A stretch of DNA of 41,905 nucleotides from Halocafeteria seosinensis (lineage: Eukaryota). The notes under the pieces are model-generated. The model was not told the origin of the DNA. It did no database searches and saw only the letters and a program-made list of their open reading frames with translations. Position numbers and translations under genes: made by a program. This document shows, piece after piece, positions 1 through 12,800 of this stretch (its first letter is position 1; every line of letters starts with the position of its first letter). The stretch is taken from positions 124,001 to 165,905 of the forward strand of contig LVLI01000208.1 in assembly GCA_001687465.1 (NCBI GenBank). The letters run 5' to 3'.

Positions 1-2
1 CG

Positions 3-98
3 GCTGCCGTATCGACTTTTTTCAGTAAGAAGCAAGTCTTCCGTCGATACCGGAGTGACCATGTTCGCCCGAGACCCACAGAACTATTCACTCAATAA
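3..98 (+). CDS. possible 3' end of an upstream gene (AAVSTFFSKKQVFRRYRSDHVRPRPTELFTQ*)
   Basis: Frame is open from the window edge to TAA at 96-98, followed by an AT-rich stretch with AATAAA near 180. No homology recognised. Confidence 0.25.
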   Translation, partial: AAVSTFFSKKQVFRRYRSDHVRPRPTELFTQ

Positions 99-532
99 CT
101 CTAATTCCGCGTCAGTTTGCTAGCAATACTCCTACTATGTTATATACTAAAATGCGCTCAAAAGTACCGATAAATAACTAAATAAAGGCACTTGTCCACT
201 TGTATGTCTTCCTGCGACTGACCTGTTTACGCGCGCGAATTCGTCCACACACACCACACGAGCCTATACACGTCGATCCCTGCAGACTTTTCGTGACTTG
301 CACGCGCATTACAGTTGGAATGGGACAACACAGGGTTGATGTCCGGTACTAGCTGTATGGACGTCGTGAGCATCCATACTCGGCGGCTTGACTCATATCT
401 GCGCCTCAACGGACGTGTTCTGGGTCGCAAGACGATCGCAACACATGCATAAGCGAATTGTGCCAAATACTGGGGTTCAGGATAAGGCGATTGTTAATGG
501 GTTGCTCCGAATAAAACAGATAACTATATGTT

Positions 533-2405
533 TTATTTTTTTGACTTCTTCTTGGACTTCTTGGCGGACTTCGGTCTTCGTATGACCCCGTTTTCCAGCC
601 ATTCTTGAGATTTTTGTACCTCTTTTTCATGCTGACGAATTCTTTCTCGTCGCTTCTCCAAGTCTTTCTCGTGGCGCTCTTCAAATGTTCCCAACTTTTC
701 CTGCAAAAGAATAACCTCACATGAATACCGACGGATGTTGCGATTGTGCTATGTTGAGCATGGACTTACAGCATATTTAGGTCCAACGTTCACCTGGGGC
801 TTAAACGTATACACTGGGCTGTTTTCAAGCATCTTTTCCAGTGCTTCATTTTCCTTCTGCATAGTACGACGTTGTAGGTAAACAGTTTTCTCAGAGCAGT
901 AGAACACTCGTATCACAAATGTATCCGTTACCTTAGATCGCTTCTCTTTGTCTTCCTCCATCCTATGGAAGAAGTCATCTCGCACCTCCTTCTGTACATG
1001 GGGAGCAATGAGACATCGAAAATGAAATAATACAACCTCATATGATATATGTGGATGCATAGAACCTACCCAGTTCGGCTGATTAAACTGTTTAGTAATT
1101 GTCTCCTTGGTAGTAGGGTCAATCTTCTCTTTCCGGGGTCTGCGTCTAGGGTGAAGACTATAGCTACCGACAATTAAGCAAATCAAGACCACATACACTG
1201 GAATTACTACGCCTTCTTCCCTGCGCTTTCGCAGGTTTTCCTCTCTGTCTCGTTCAAACTTTTCTAATCGCTCAAAGAAGTCGTTTGCCACCTTTTCCTG
1301 AATAATTCACCGATCGAACAAACAAGGGAGATCGGGGTGACAATCACTTGTTCATACAGCACAGCGATAACCAACGTACCCATGTTTTGCCCTTCTTCTC
1401 TTTTGTTCCTCTGAACTTTTCCAATTGCCTAGCCTGCTGTTGCAAATTTATTAACCTTTGTTTCTCCTGGTTTTCCATGCGGTCCAAGAAGCTCTGATGT
1501 CCTTCTGATTGCTTTATCTTCTTGATGGCCTGTATAACCGTAAACAATGTCAATACCCTTGCGTTTTGTTCCTCAGGGGCACGCTTAGAGGAGAACGTAC
1601 CCGCTTAGAAGCTTTCGACATGATCGGTGCGAACAGGCAATTGGTTTTTTCACTTTCCATAGCGTACTTGTCTTTCGGTGGCTGACTTAATTCAGAAAGC
1701 CTGTTTAGTGCGTCCTGTTCGTTGAGGATACAAAATATATCGACTTAATGAAGATATTATCTGTCTCGGAGAACTTACATGATATTTCTGTTTCAGCGTC
1801 GTATTTTGCAGTATCTCTTCCACGGTTTTATCTTCATCGCCAGAGAGTGTGTCATCATTGTACTCAGAAATCTCACCACGTGCAATCCGTGCTGAGTTGA
1901 CAATCTTTTCAAATTCCGGCCCTGTGGCTCTCACTCTTACTGAGTTCGGCACGTCATCCCTCGAGGGTGGCTCAGGAATAATGCGGAAACTAGCACCTGC
2001 ACTACCGACGCGATTGAGCGATAGGGAACGATCAATACTTAGCGAGTCAATTCCTCTCCAGGACCTATGTATGGTATTCTCTGGAGAATAATTTTTTTGG
2101 CTAAGCCCTCCCCGAGTAAGCGATGCACTAAGCGATTGCTCTTTGGCAGTACCCTTCCGTGTGTTTAAGTATCTCTTCAAGCTTTGCATTGTGCTCTCGG
2201 ATAATACTGCGTCCTCCTCTTTGGACTGAGTATTTTGCTTTTGAGGACTCCTCTGTTGGGCTGTTCGACCAGGACTTTGAGTGGTGGATCTCCTTGTATT
2301 CCTATCTTCGCCCTCGTCGGACGAGATCGAGTCGGCTACCGAAGCTGCCTCATCGCTGTCCTCGTCCTGTTTAGATCGCCCTTTACCAGAATTCTGCAAT
2401 GGCAT
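533..2405 (-). CDS. 8-exon charged/coiled-coil protein with repeated F(F/L)xR(M/L)E and FxP motifs; function unknown
   Basis: Exons 2405-1779, 1714-1601, 1529-1380, 1297-1197, 1145-1070, 991-932, 856-770, 700-533 join in frame through GT-AG introns. Repeats: FLDRMEN, FFERLEK, FFHRMEE; CLFAP, YTFKP. Confidence 0.75.
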
Positions 2406-4239
2406 CGTCTGCCGTTACTGCGCTTGTTAGGGTGAGCACTAGATCTTCCGACCGCACGTATTAGAGTCTCTTATTGCTCCTCTCTTGTATGTAGCTCTTC
2501 AACATGACATTTCCTCGTCCAATACAATCAATTTTCTACAATCCAAGCTCAACTATCAAATCTTTATTCATCAGTCTAATTCATCTCATGGCTACTGTCT
2601 ATTCTATGTACGTGTGTGCAGCAGAACGCACACGGCGACTCAGCCGAAAGGCGCCAAAATACGGTTGTGAAGCTGAGACACTTGTGGCAAGTTGTGGGTG
2701 ACAATATCATGCCTAGTGATACAAAGAGGCGAAAGAGTACACTCTGGCATATAAAGCGGGAAAATGGAGCTCGAATTCCTGATGTAGATTGTTTAAGGTT
2801 TTAAGCTAAAGAACCATCGTGAATCCTTGCCGTGCTGAGTTGCTGGGTAATCCCAGTACCACGGTAGTTCAGCATTGTAGGGCACAATGATTGGATGGAT
2901 CAGGAAGAAAGCAGAGGGAATGATCATCTGGCATTTACAGTTTCTAGTTTCTGGCACTGAGACATGCTCGAATGCTCACAACCACACTGAAAGACAAATA
3001 CACTATCAACTTGATAGTATCAAGGAGGGCTCAAGCTGGTGCTCCTGTGCTGACTGTTCCCATCTCCTGCTCGCATTACGCTGGGTTGTGCCGTCTTATT
3101 GGAGGCAGATACAAAGTGACGAGCCTTTATGTCATTTATGATCCAGGTTATTTATAGCGTGACGGAGAAGCCTGATTGACACGAAGTTCACAGCGAAGCA
3201 GAAAAGGCGCGTTCGCACCGTTCCGCACCAGACCGGCTCTATCAGCGTATCTGGCTCACTCAACGCTCATCCATGCAAGGGAATTGTTGCATCCGTGAAC
3301 ATATTCCATATCCACCTGTTGACTGTGCACTAATGGAAGAATCATCAAGAGAAAGTCCTCTACGCTTCCATCCTCAACTAGTACTCTCAAGAAGACGCGC
3401 CAGAATTGAACAGATTGCGTTCGGATACTCAAAGCTCAACAGGGTTAACAAGGACAGTTTAAATCAATAAATCTTGGATATAACGAACCAGGGCAATCGC
3501 TTAGGTAAGGTAAGATACCTCTACTTTCAAATGTCTCTTCAACAACATTTGAAAGCCGGATTATCTGGTAGTCAGTCTCCTGGAGGATGATGTTGGGTGC
3601 ATGGAAAAAGAAGGGAGCAGGTTTGGTTTTCACCTGGCATTTGGAGTCTCTGAATTCTGGTACTGAGCGATGCGCGATGATCCTTGATAGGGGGTGTGAA
3701 TCTGGAGCTGGGCTGCTGGTCACAACAAGAGACCGTAGCCGTCTCTCTGTGGGATGAGGGTGCGCAAAATGGTGCGCAAAATGTGCAGCATGGGTATCTA
3801 TGTGTGTCGGGGAGGGCTAGTGGAGTGAATCGACTATATCGATGTCATTTCTGGCCAAGTTGAAGTTTCGCGATGTTTCCCACTAAATGGCTTAGTTGAA
3901 GTTCAACCTTTTTTGTTGTTTTGGCAAAGGGGATCCCTTCCCCTGTGGAGCAAAAGTTGCGACCCAGCTCTTTCAAAAGCGGCAGTGCACCGCAGAACGG
4001 GGAGTCTCGGGAAAACAGGCCATTTTCCACAGGCTAAAACGTGTTGTTAGAGCCTCCGAATTGTTATCGATTCGACCTTGTCTGATAAAGCGGAGTTTTT
4101 TAGTGTACATGGAACCATCATTGAGTGGAATCAACCCTGTGATAGTATTGAAATATTGTGCTAAAGTTGGTGGTGCCTCTTGGCTCTGACAGAGACGGTT
4201 AGCGTGCGCCAAGCTGCAACTATTCCTACAAACGCTTTG

Positions 4240-5957
4240 ATGTCTTCCTCTTCACGGTCAACACCCGTCCGGAATGGAGGGAAAGGTGGCAGTGGAGGAT
4301 ACTATGCGGATATGAACTCCCCCATAGCGTCAACGCCGCAACGTCATAAGGGCGGTGGTTCGCGGACCGGCGGCGGTCCTCACACTCCTGGTAAGCTCTT
4401 TATCACGTAGCACTGGCCACATGATCACAATTTCATGCCTCTGCACTGTTTCGGCATCCACAGCTACACCATCCACGCATGCGCTTTCGCCCATGCATGG
4501 ACCACCGTCGAGAGTGCCTGCACGAAAAGGCCCAGTGTACGTCAGTTGATGCAGCCAGTTTCTCTCCGAACTTAGTAACGGGGGCGCCGATTGGCTATAG
4601 ATGTTTCTCGTCTTCCCTGAAAGTTGTTGTTGGTAATAATCTTGTGTTTATCTGGTTATGATGCTACAGGGAGAGTGCGGCGACGACGGAGGAAGAAATA
4701 TTTTCACCCGTACTACATTACGCAGATGGTACGTCAACGGCTCGATTCCTGCAACTATGTTTAACCGGACAGCATGCACACTATCTGTCTCTCCCACTAC
4801 TATTCCGCAGATGATGTTGGATTTGTTCCCAGTGAGGTTCGTATTCCTTATCTTTCACTCATTAGGAGTGCGTGCAGACTTAGCAATCTGCTGCTCATCG
4901 TGGCTGCAGAGAACAAGTACGCCACCACGCAAAACGTCCCGCGACTCTAGCCAGTTCTCGAGTTCCGGTACACCAACAAGGAGTGATTCCCGGGACAGGC
5001 ATATTGACTTCTCATCTCCAGCTGCCCGCGCTAGAAGGGAACTAAAATCTCCGGCTCAAGCTCTAGCAGCGGCAGCTCCAGGAAACGGCCACCGACATCA
5101 CGAAGAAGAAAACGTGACCGTTCACGTAGATAATGATACAGATGACGACGATGCGAGTGAGGCGAGTAGCTTAACAGAGATAGAATACGAGGATTTCAAC
5201 CCGTACTTATTCATCAAGTTGCTGCCCCCTTATAGGGAAGTAGCGCCGCGCACACCGCGCCTCGCATTACCGAAGAAGTCGCGGGATGCGCCAGACATAA
5301 CCCTTGTACTGGACCTCGACGAGACGTTAGTACATTGTAGTATTGATCCTTTGGATGGTGCGGACATGACATTCCCGGTTACTTTTAACCTGGTGGATTA
5401 TCAGGTAAGAACTCCTCTCAACATCATGCGGGTTTCCCGGCGTTTGTGACAGATTCCATTTTGCAGGTATACGTAAAGAAGAGACCGTATTTGGACAAGT
5501 TCCTAAAGAAAGTTTCCAAACAATTTGAAGTCATTGTTTTCACAGCGAGCCAGCAAGTATACGCCTCCAAGTTGCTGGATCTCATAGATCCTGAGCACAA
5601 GTATATTCACCATCGTCTCTATAGAGAGGCATGCTTAAACGTGGAGGGTAATTTTATCAAAGATTTAACTGTACTTGGCAGAGATTTGAGGAAGGTAAGT
5701 GTGGTGTCTATCTTTCTATGTTAAATGGTATCATTACGGGGTCTTCGATACAGACGATGCTTGTAGACAATAGCCCACATGCTTTCGGTTATCAGGTAGA
5801 TAATGGCATACCCATTGAGAGCTGGTTCGAAGACCCTCGAGATACTGAACTACTGAAATTAGCGAGTTTCTTAAAATCCCTCCCTGGGAGCAAGGATATT
5901 CGGCCCCTATTGCGCTCCAAGTTCCAACTCCACAGGCTAGTCGAAGAAGCACAGTAG
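4240..5957 (+). CDS. CTDSPL2: CTD small phosphatase-like protein (FCP1/SCP HAD family, CTDSPL2/SCP4 type)
   Basis: Exons 4240-4390, 4464-4536, 4670-4728, 4811-4836, 4910-5404, 5467-5694, 5754-5957. Motifs FNPYLFIK, TLVLDLDETLVHCS (DxDxT), KRPYL, VFTASQQVYA, KDLTVLGRDL, VDNSPHAFGYQVDNGIPIESWF, plus N-terminal IFSPV. Confidence 0.9.
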
Positions 5958-6062
5958 CTATGATTTATCGCGGCGACGAAACGTGCCTTTTACTTTCTTT
6001 CTCTGGATCTATTACATAACTGTGACCTAAACACACGGCTTGCATGAACAAATAATACAGTG

Positions 6063-7224
6063 TTACTGAATAAGACGGTGTACAGCAGCTTCCTCATTAT
6101 TATCCGTCGCTGCGAGAGCCTCTTCGATTGCTTCCCTTTCGAAACCCATTTGCATCAACTGTTGGACTTTGGATTCATCCGGGGTGGCCCGGGGAATCTG
6201 TGACACATCCTCATCCACCGGAGTATGTTCCTGCTGACGTGCATCTTCTTGTGGTTGTTCTGTAACGTTTTGTCGCGGTGCAGGCCACTCAGTCTCTCCA
6301 GTCTGGACGGCAGGGGCATGATTCGTGCCCATCTGACCGTAGTGTTGTCTAGCAGCGGGGCGTCTATTCGGGGTGACGCTGTCAACAAATGGCATGATAT
6401 TCCGCTCACACCATTTATGCACTCTAGAAGGCCATCTCCATTTTCTCATCCGAAAGACGTCGGCGAAAAACATTAGACCGAAAACCAGTCCTGACACGCC
6501 GGGTATAACGCTCTCAGTACCTTTGTTGAACAACAAAACTGCCCCGAGAAGATACGTGAACGTCTTCTCTGAGAGTCCAATTCCAAATACGGATATCTGG
6601 TTTGGGCGAACCTTTGGTACAGATTCTGTATTCATCACGTACACGAAGGAACTAATTAATTCCAACCAAATTCACAGCAAACACATCGACGTACTAAAGT
6701 AGTAGACAAATAAAGCGAATAGCAAACTGTAGGGTCCCGGGCGAACATTTGAGACCATTCCTGTTGTAGCTAGCAATAATCCTAACTGAAGCGTGCTAGA
6801 GGTAAGCGTGCATAGTAAGGTGAAAACGCTGAATTTGTTGGAGCCCATCAGTCGTTCCATGTGCCGGAATTCATATAACAAGTACGCAAAAATGATCATT
6901 TCTCCCGGACTCTTTACTACCAACTGGGACGTGAATATCCTCCAAATTTGGAAATCACCTAATATCGAGGCAGGTGCTGCGCATTGAATATTGCATGGAT
7001 AAGTTCGTACACTATTTTCTCCGGCTACTGGGTTTTTCACTTACAGAGCGCCACACTTGTCGCTTGTACATTCTTCAGCCATGCCACGAGCGAGAATCCC
7101 CCGGAGAGAACGAAAGCTGTCTTTGTCACTGGAGCACGCTCTGTACAAGAGGACGAAAAATAGGGTATAAACAGCTGGAAATGCCTCTCATAGTGACCTC
7201 ATGATACTTACGAAACCCTGCCAT
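6063..7224 (-). CDS. UBAC2: UBAC2/Dsc2-like rhomboid pseudoprotease with C-terminal UBA domain
   Basis: Exons 7224-7212, 7140-7045, 6976-6695, 6625-6063. Starts MAGFQRAPVTK; contains QIWRIFTSQL, FRHMERLMGSNKF, PGPYSLLF, SEKTFTYL; UBA motif VQQLMQMGFEREAIEEALAATDNNEEAAVHRL. Confidence 0.85.
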
Positions 7225-8337
7225 TTTCGTTCCTGCAGCTCACTACTATCCCGTTCACCCTCTACATACACGGAGGGGAAAAATAATGTTGTCATCCACG
7301 CCAATCATGGGTCAAAACACGTGAATAAGGCACGTAATGGTGTGCATGAACTACAAGTTGAAGTTTTGTCAGGAAGTTCCCAGCCAGAACTTGTAGCCAC
7401 AGAAAGTGGTGCTGCTGGGCAGAAGCAGAAGAAGACGCGTTGTGCATTCAGGTTCGACTAATTTATTGGGAAACAACAAAGGACCAACATCTCTTTTTTT
7501 CCACGACAGGGACTTGGGTGAAACTGGCTCCATTGGGAATGTAGTGAATACTGGGAAACATTTCCACGAACGAACGAGAGCTGGTAGCATTAATATTGGT
7601 GTGCTATTGTAATTTGGTCCTGGATCGTGTCGAGAAACAGCAAAGGCAGCAACACCACCAATTCTGGAATGCATGCATAGAAGAATTCCATGACACTGCC
7701 TGCTGGTCTGAGAGACACAACTCCCTGAACACCAAGCAACAAGCAACCCAGTTCGCTGGATCGACGTTTTTCCGAAAGTGAAGTGTGAGATGGGACAACG
7801 CTAGTTCTCCGGATTAGACCATATACTCAGTCTTTTCACCCCAGGAAGAATTGGAAGACCACTCCGCTTTTGCAGGATCGTACGAGCACAAGTCCTCCAT
7901 TCTCTTTTGAAATACCTGTATACCACACCTCTTGCTCTTTTTTCATTGGTTTTACCGCAAATGAGACAGTCTCGAACTTCAGCAGCAGCAGATGAATACC
8001 AAGAATTTTCCTTGATCTTCATAAGATAAGCCTAAATTTCGGGACCAGAAGGACAATATACAACCCAACTTTGTAGCGCTTAAACACATAGTGCCCCTCT
8101 TCGGTTCAATAGTCCGTTCTCGAACTTCCGGTGTGGAACGTGACCGAGTGACCCTTGGCCCAGGGTCCTGGGATCGCTCACAACACTTGCAACAACTTGA
8201 AGTCCGCCGCATGGTATACCGTATACCTGAGTTATAATATCTCCCAAGACATACATGTGTCCACATTCCAGTGTTTGTGAAAACAGAGTCCTTGAGGTAA
8301 TCTACACTAGTTGTCTTGATAGCAAACTGGAAGCGAT

Positions 8338-9097
8338 ATGTCTAATAAAAACCTCCATGAACAGAGATCTGCGGCCTCCTCGACCTCGTCGTTAGGACCC
8401 AATCAAGGCCGACAAGTGTGTAAGCTTCATATGCTAGGGCATACAGCCACAGGGAAGACGAGTCTTCTCAAAAAATACTCTGGGGATAATGACCCTTTGA
8501 GTACGATAGCAAACATTGGCATTGATTTCCGGGTGTTGAACATGGAAGTCAATGGGAAGCCGATTAAGTGCCAGATATACGATACTGCGGGACAGGAGCG
8601 CTTTGCAAGCTTAGGTGCGCGATATTTGCGAGGTACAGATGGTATTCTGCTCGTATACGACATCACATATCGAGACAGCTTCATGAGAGCGAAGAGTGTG
8701 CTTACGGAGACAATCCCTGTATGGAAATCGCGTTACATTGGGTATTGATTGTATTGGTTTTGACGTACATTCTGTTCTGTGTGTGTGTTTCGTAATGCAG
8801 ACAAATGTTAACAAGTTTGTACCAGTAGTTCTCGTTGGAAATAAAACAGATTTAGAACGAGAGAGATGTGTTTACCGCGAGGAAGGGGAGCAGCTTGCTA
8901 AGGAACATGAAGTGCCTTTCTTCGAGACATCCGCCAAAGAAGGTACTAACGTGGAGGAAGCATACACTGCCCTGCTGAAGAAGGCAGTTAGAGACATCGA
9001 ATACAAAGCACATATTCAGCAGGAGTTGAGAAGAGATGTCGTCAATTTAGGAGGCGAACGGGTGAAAGAGATTCATCACTACAGCTGCTGCTCGTGA
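8338..9097 (+). CDS. divergent Rab-family GTPase (Rab1/Rab8-like), ~225 aa
   Basis: Exons 8338-8718 and 8801-9097. G1 GHTATGKTS, IGIDF, DTAGQERF, NKTD, ETSAK, C-terminal CCS prenylation motif. Confidence 0.9.
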
Positions 9098-9843
9098 CGA
9101 CATGACTCTCTTTCCACCGAATCGAGTTACGTTTATTATTTCAATTGTATATTCAATTCACAAACTCCGTGGTTATGCTGGATCACTGTCTTCGGAGGGG
9201 TAACGTTGGCGTTAGGTATGAGTTTACGGAACGAAGTAAACCTGTGAGTCAGGCTGTGACATGACTCCGTTTCTCATGGCCAATGAAGACGAGACGGCGA
9301 TGCAATAGTCGCGATGCAATAGGTCATTGAAGCAGACGGTCTTAAATGTACATTCCAATGACATTCCGTAGCCGCGCCCCGCAGACTACCCTGCAACTTG
9401 CAGCAGCAGAAGCGGCCTTGGGGTACAATGCCCTTATCGGTTACCATCAATTTCAGTCGTTCTCCCTCACACTATTTCTTTTCCTTCGCATACATTGAAG
9501 AGTTCTATGTAGTGAAACTGGTTACTCCCCAAATGGTTGTGAAGGTGGCCATCCAAGGTATACCCGAAAAGGACCCGAACTTTGACCCGAAAACCCGAAA
9601 TTTTCGGCTAGGAAGCAAGATCTTGGGTATTGCATTGCCCCCTTCCAGTTTGATGCACCCGAGAATCACTTCACGACAAGGAGGGCTTTTTTGCGATAGC
9701 CTCCACACGGGGAAGAGCGGGTGAATAACAGCAAAGAGACCTTGGAAGGGGAGTAGACAAGAACCTGTCTCTCCCAACGGAACGTCAAGTTCTCGCGTGG
9801 GTGATATAAGTGCGATTTTTCGTCGCATACCCCATTTCCAACG

Positions 9844-12800
9844 ATGGATCACAGTGTAAGCGCTTCGCGTAATATCTCTGAAGAGGATGAGAGCCGTTCC
9901 ACCCAGGAACGGGAAGAAGATGACGATTCCACAGCTACCATGTCCACGACTGGAGGTTCCCAAAATGGAGAAACTGAGACGAAGCAGGAGGAAATAGAAG
10001 CTGTAGAGCAATTGTGGAGTACGAATCAAGGCCAGTCACAAGTGCAGCAGCAAGCGCCATCATCGCAACAGAGGCAGCAAAGTGAAGTGGCGGCGGATAA
10101 TCAGGAAGATGAATCCAGAGGACGCAGCAAATCCCAACTCCGAGCCATTCGTCGTGGAAGTCAACGAATACCATCGAATCGGGAATTGAAATCATTCGGT
10201 AACGTCGCAGGCACATTATCTTACTTGAATGTCATGAAGAAAAAGGCGGACAAAGCGAAGCAACGAGTGGCAGATCGTAGATTCCGAGCCCAATTTGCGT
10301 TCAGTTCCCAAGACAACAGTTACCAGCACTTCTGGGTCAAGGACAGTACTAAGGCGTATGTGCCTGCGAGAAAAATCGAGGATATTGATGGAAATCATGT
10401 AAAAATGGAAATAGGAGTGGATCGGAAGATAAGCACAGTACCAAAGTCAAAATTGGGCCCCGAGATTAGCAGGATTGAAACCCTGCAGACCCACTACGAC
10501 GACATGGTTAAGATGGAGGATGTGAATGAGGCCACTATTCTTCACAATCTGCGCCTTCGATTTCATGAAGGGGAGATTTATACCAACATTGGTAGCATTT
10601 TGGTGAGTATCAACCCGTTTAAGTGGATGGACGGCATATATACTCACGAAAATGTCGTTGCCCACATGGAAGTGCGACCTGGAGAGCTACAACATCCACA
10701 TGTATTCATGGTAGCTAACGAAGCCTTTCAAGGTGTTCAAAAGGAAGAAGAGGACCAAAGTATCATCATCAGTGGAGAATCGGGATCGGGGAAAACCGAA
10801 GCAACGAAAAAATGCCTGCAGTTTTTTGCTGAGGCCGTCAGCGTACTTCGCGAAGAATCGAAGGGCACGAAGGATATTTATTATGGAATGCATGAGAAAC
10901 TACTATCTGCTAACCCCTTACTTGAAGCATTTGGCAATGCAAAAACCGTGAGAAATGATAACAGTAGTAGGTTTGGGAAGTGGATGGAGGTACACTTTGA
11001 TGGGCACATGCAAATTTGTGGCTGCAAGATTATCAACTATCTCTTGGAGAAGAGCCGGGTGGTAGTTCAGGTATGTTCGTGTGTATTACCCTTCGCTTGT
11101 TCGCCTATTGCTCATGATATAACCCATGCCGCTGCAGCAACCAAAGGAAAGAAACTATCACATCTTTTATCAGCTTTTTGCTTGTGGGGATAACTCCCGC
11201 AAACAATATTTAGGCCTGACAGAATGGAACATGGAAGACTATGCTTACTTAAACCAAGGCGACCCAAAGGTGGACAGCTTGGATGATGGGGAGGAATTCG
11301 AGGAACTTCTTGACGCGAGCAGGTCCTTGCAATTTCAAATGAGTGAAACAGAGGACCTGCTTCGATTGGTTGCTGCTGTTGCTCATCTCGGTAATGTGAA
11401 GTTTCAGGCTTCTCAGCCTGATGATGAGGCATCTGATGCGAAGGTAGTTGATTCAGATCTGTGCAACCACGCGATTCAATGGGCGGCAAGGCTTTTAGAA
11501 GTTCCGCAACAGTCCCTTGACGATGCGCTCGTAACTAAAGAAATCCAGTCCGCAGAAGATCGAATCGCTTCCCCTGTAAGCCAGTTTAAAGCAGCAGAGG
11601 CCCGGAATAGTATGGCTAAAGCGATATACGGTCGAATGTTCAATTGGCTTGTTGGCCGGGTAAATCAAGCAATGGACCGCGGCTTGAAGGACAGCAAGAA
11701 CATTATTGGCGTGTTAGACATTTTTGGATTTGAGATTTTTCAGGACAACAGCTTTGAACAACTCTGCATCAACTACTGCAACGAAAAGCTACAGCAACAT
11801 TTTAACTACAATATCTTCAAAGCGGAAGAGGCATGTTATAAATCGGAAGGAATCGATCATACAGAGGTTACATTCATCGATAATCAGGACGTTTTGGATC
11901 TGATCGAAGGGAAAAAGCCTAACGGTATACTGGTAATGCTAGATGATGAAATAAAGGTCCCCAAAGCAACTGACGAAACGTTCTGTTCCAAGCTCAAGAA
12001 GAATTTTGCAGAAAATTCACGGTTCGACATATGTCAACGATCACCTCATATGTTCGGTATAGTACACTATGCTGGCAAAGTAGTGTACAACACGAGAGGT
12101 ATGCGAGGGCTCGTCTCTGGTTTGCTTGTTTGGTTAAGCGTATCTGGAACTACTGGACGCAGGTTTTCTGGACAAGAATCGCGATGAAATGGCTTTGAAT
12201 CTAAGAGAAGTGATCTTTCAAAGTAATTGGGGATTCTTGCAAACGCTTTTTGCTGATGACATCTTGCAACATGAGAAAGAGCAAGGTATGCATAAACCAT
12301 ATGCCTAGGAATTGGCGTAGGATTCATCACCGAGGTGTTGTATATTCGCAGATGGTCGACGCTCAGGGTCCCACAAGAAGGTTAGCCAAGGAGGGCAATT
12401 TCGGAAGCAGCTTGATGGTTTGATGACAACGATCAACAAAACTATGGTGCGTAACCCAGTGCACAGCTAGAGCTCATATAACAGATTCTTCACATGAATT
12501 TTTCTGTACAGCCTCATTACATCCGTTGTATCAAGCCGAATGACGAAAAAGTACCTGATAAATTTGATGAACCGCTTTGCTTGCAACAACTACAGTATGC
12601 TGGCGTTTTTGAAGCTGTACAAATACGCCAGATGGGGTTCCCGTTTCGGTGGACCCATCGAGTATTTTACGAAAGATACCGCCATTGTTCGTCTGATGCC
12701 AAGCATCGCGGCAGAATCTCTTCCAATACTGACTATAAGCAAGCATGTGGAGAACTATTGGCCGATCTCTCCAAACAGGCTCCAGTGCTGAGCAAGTGCC

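Noticed and set aside
2485..4212. Numerous short ORFs between the first gene and CTDSPL2, plus a GGTGCGCAAAAT duplication at about 3759-3782
   Set aside because: No recognisable motifs or consistent splice model; treated as intergenic, though a decayed gene cannot be excluded.
5984..5994. TGCCTTTTACT, resembling U5 snRNA loop 1
   Set aside because: Lies in a 105-nt gap between convergent genes; no proper closing stem or Sm site.
7241..8300. Short ORFs between the divergent UBAC2 and Rab genes
   Set aside because: No coherent protein or exon chain found.
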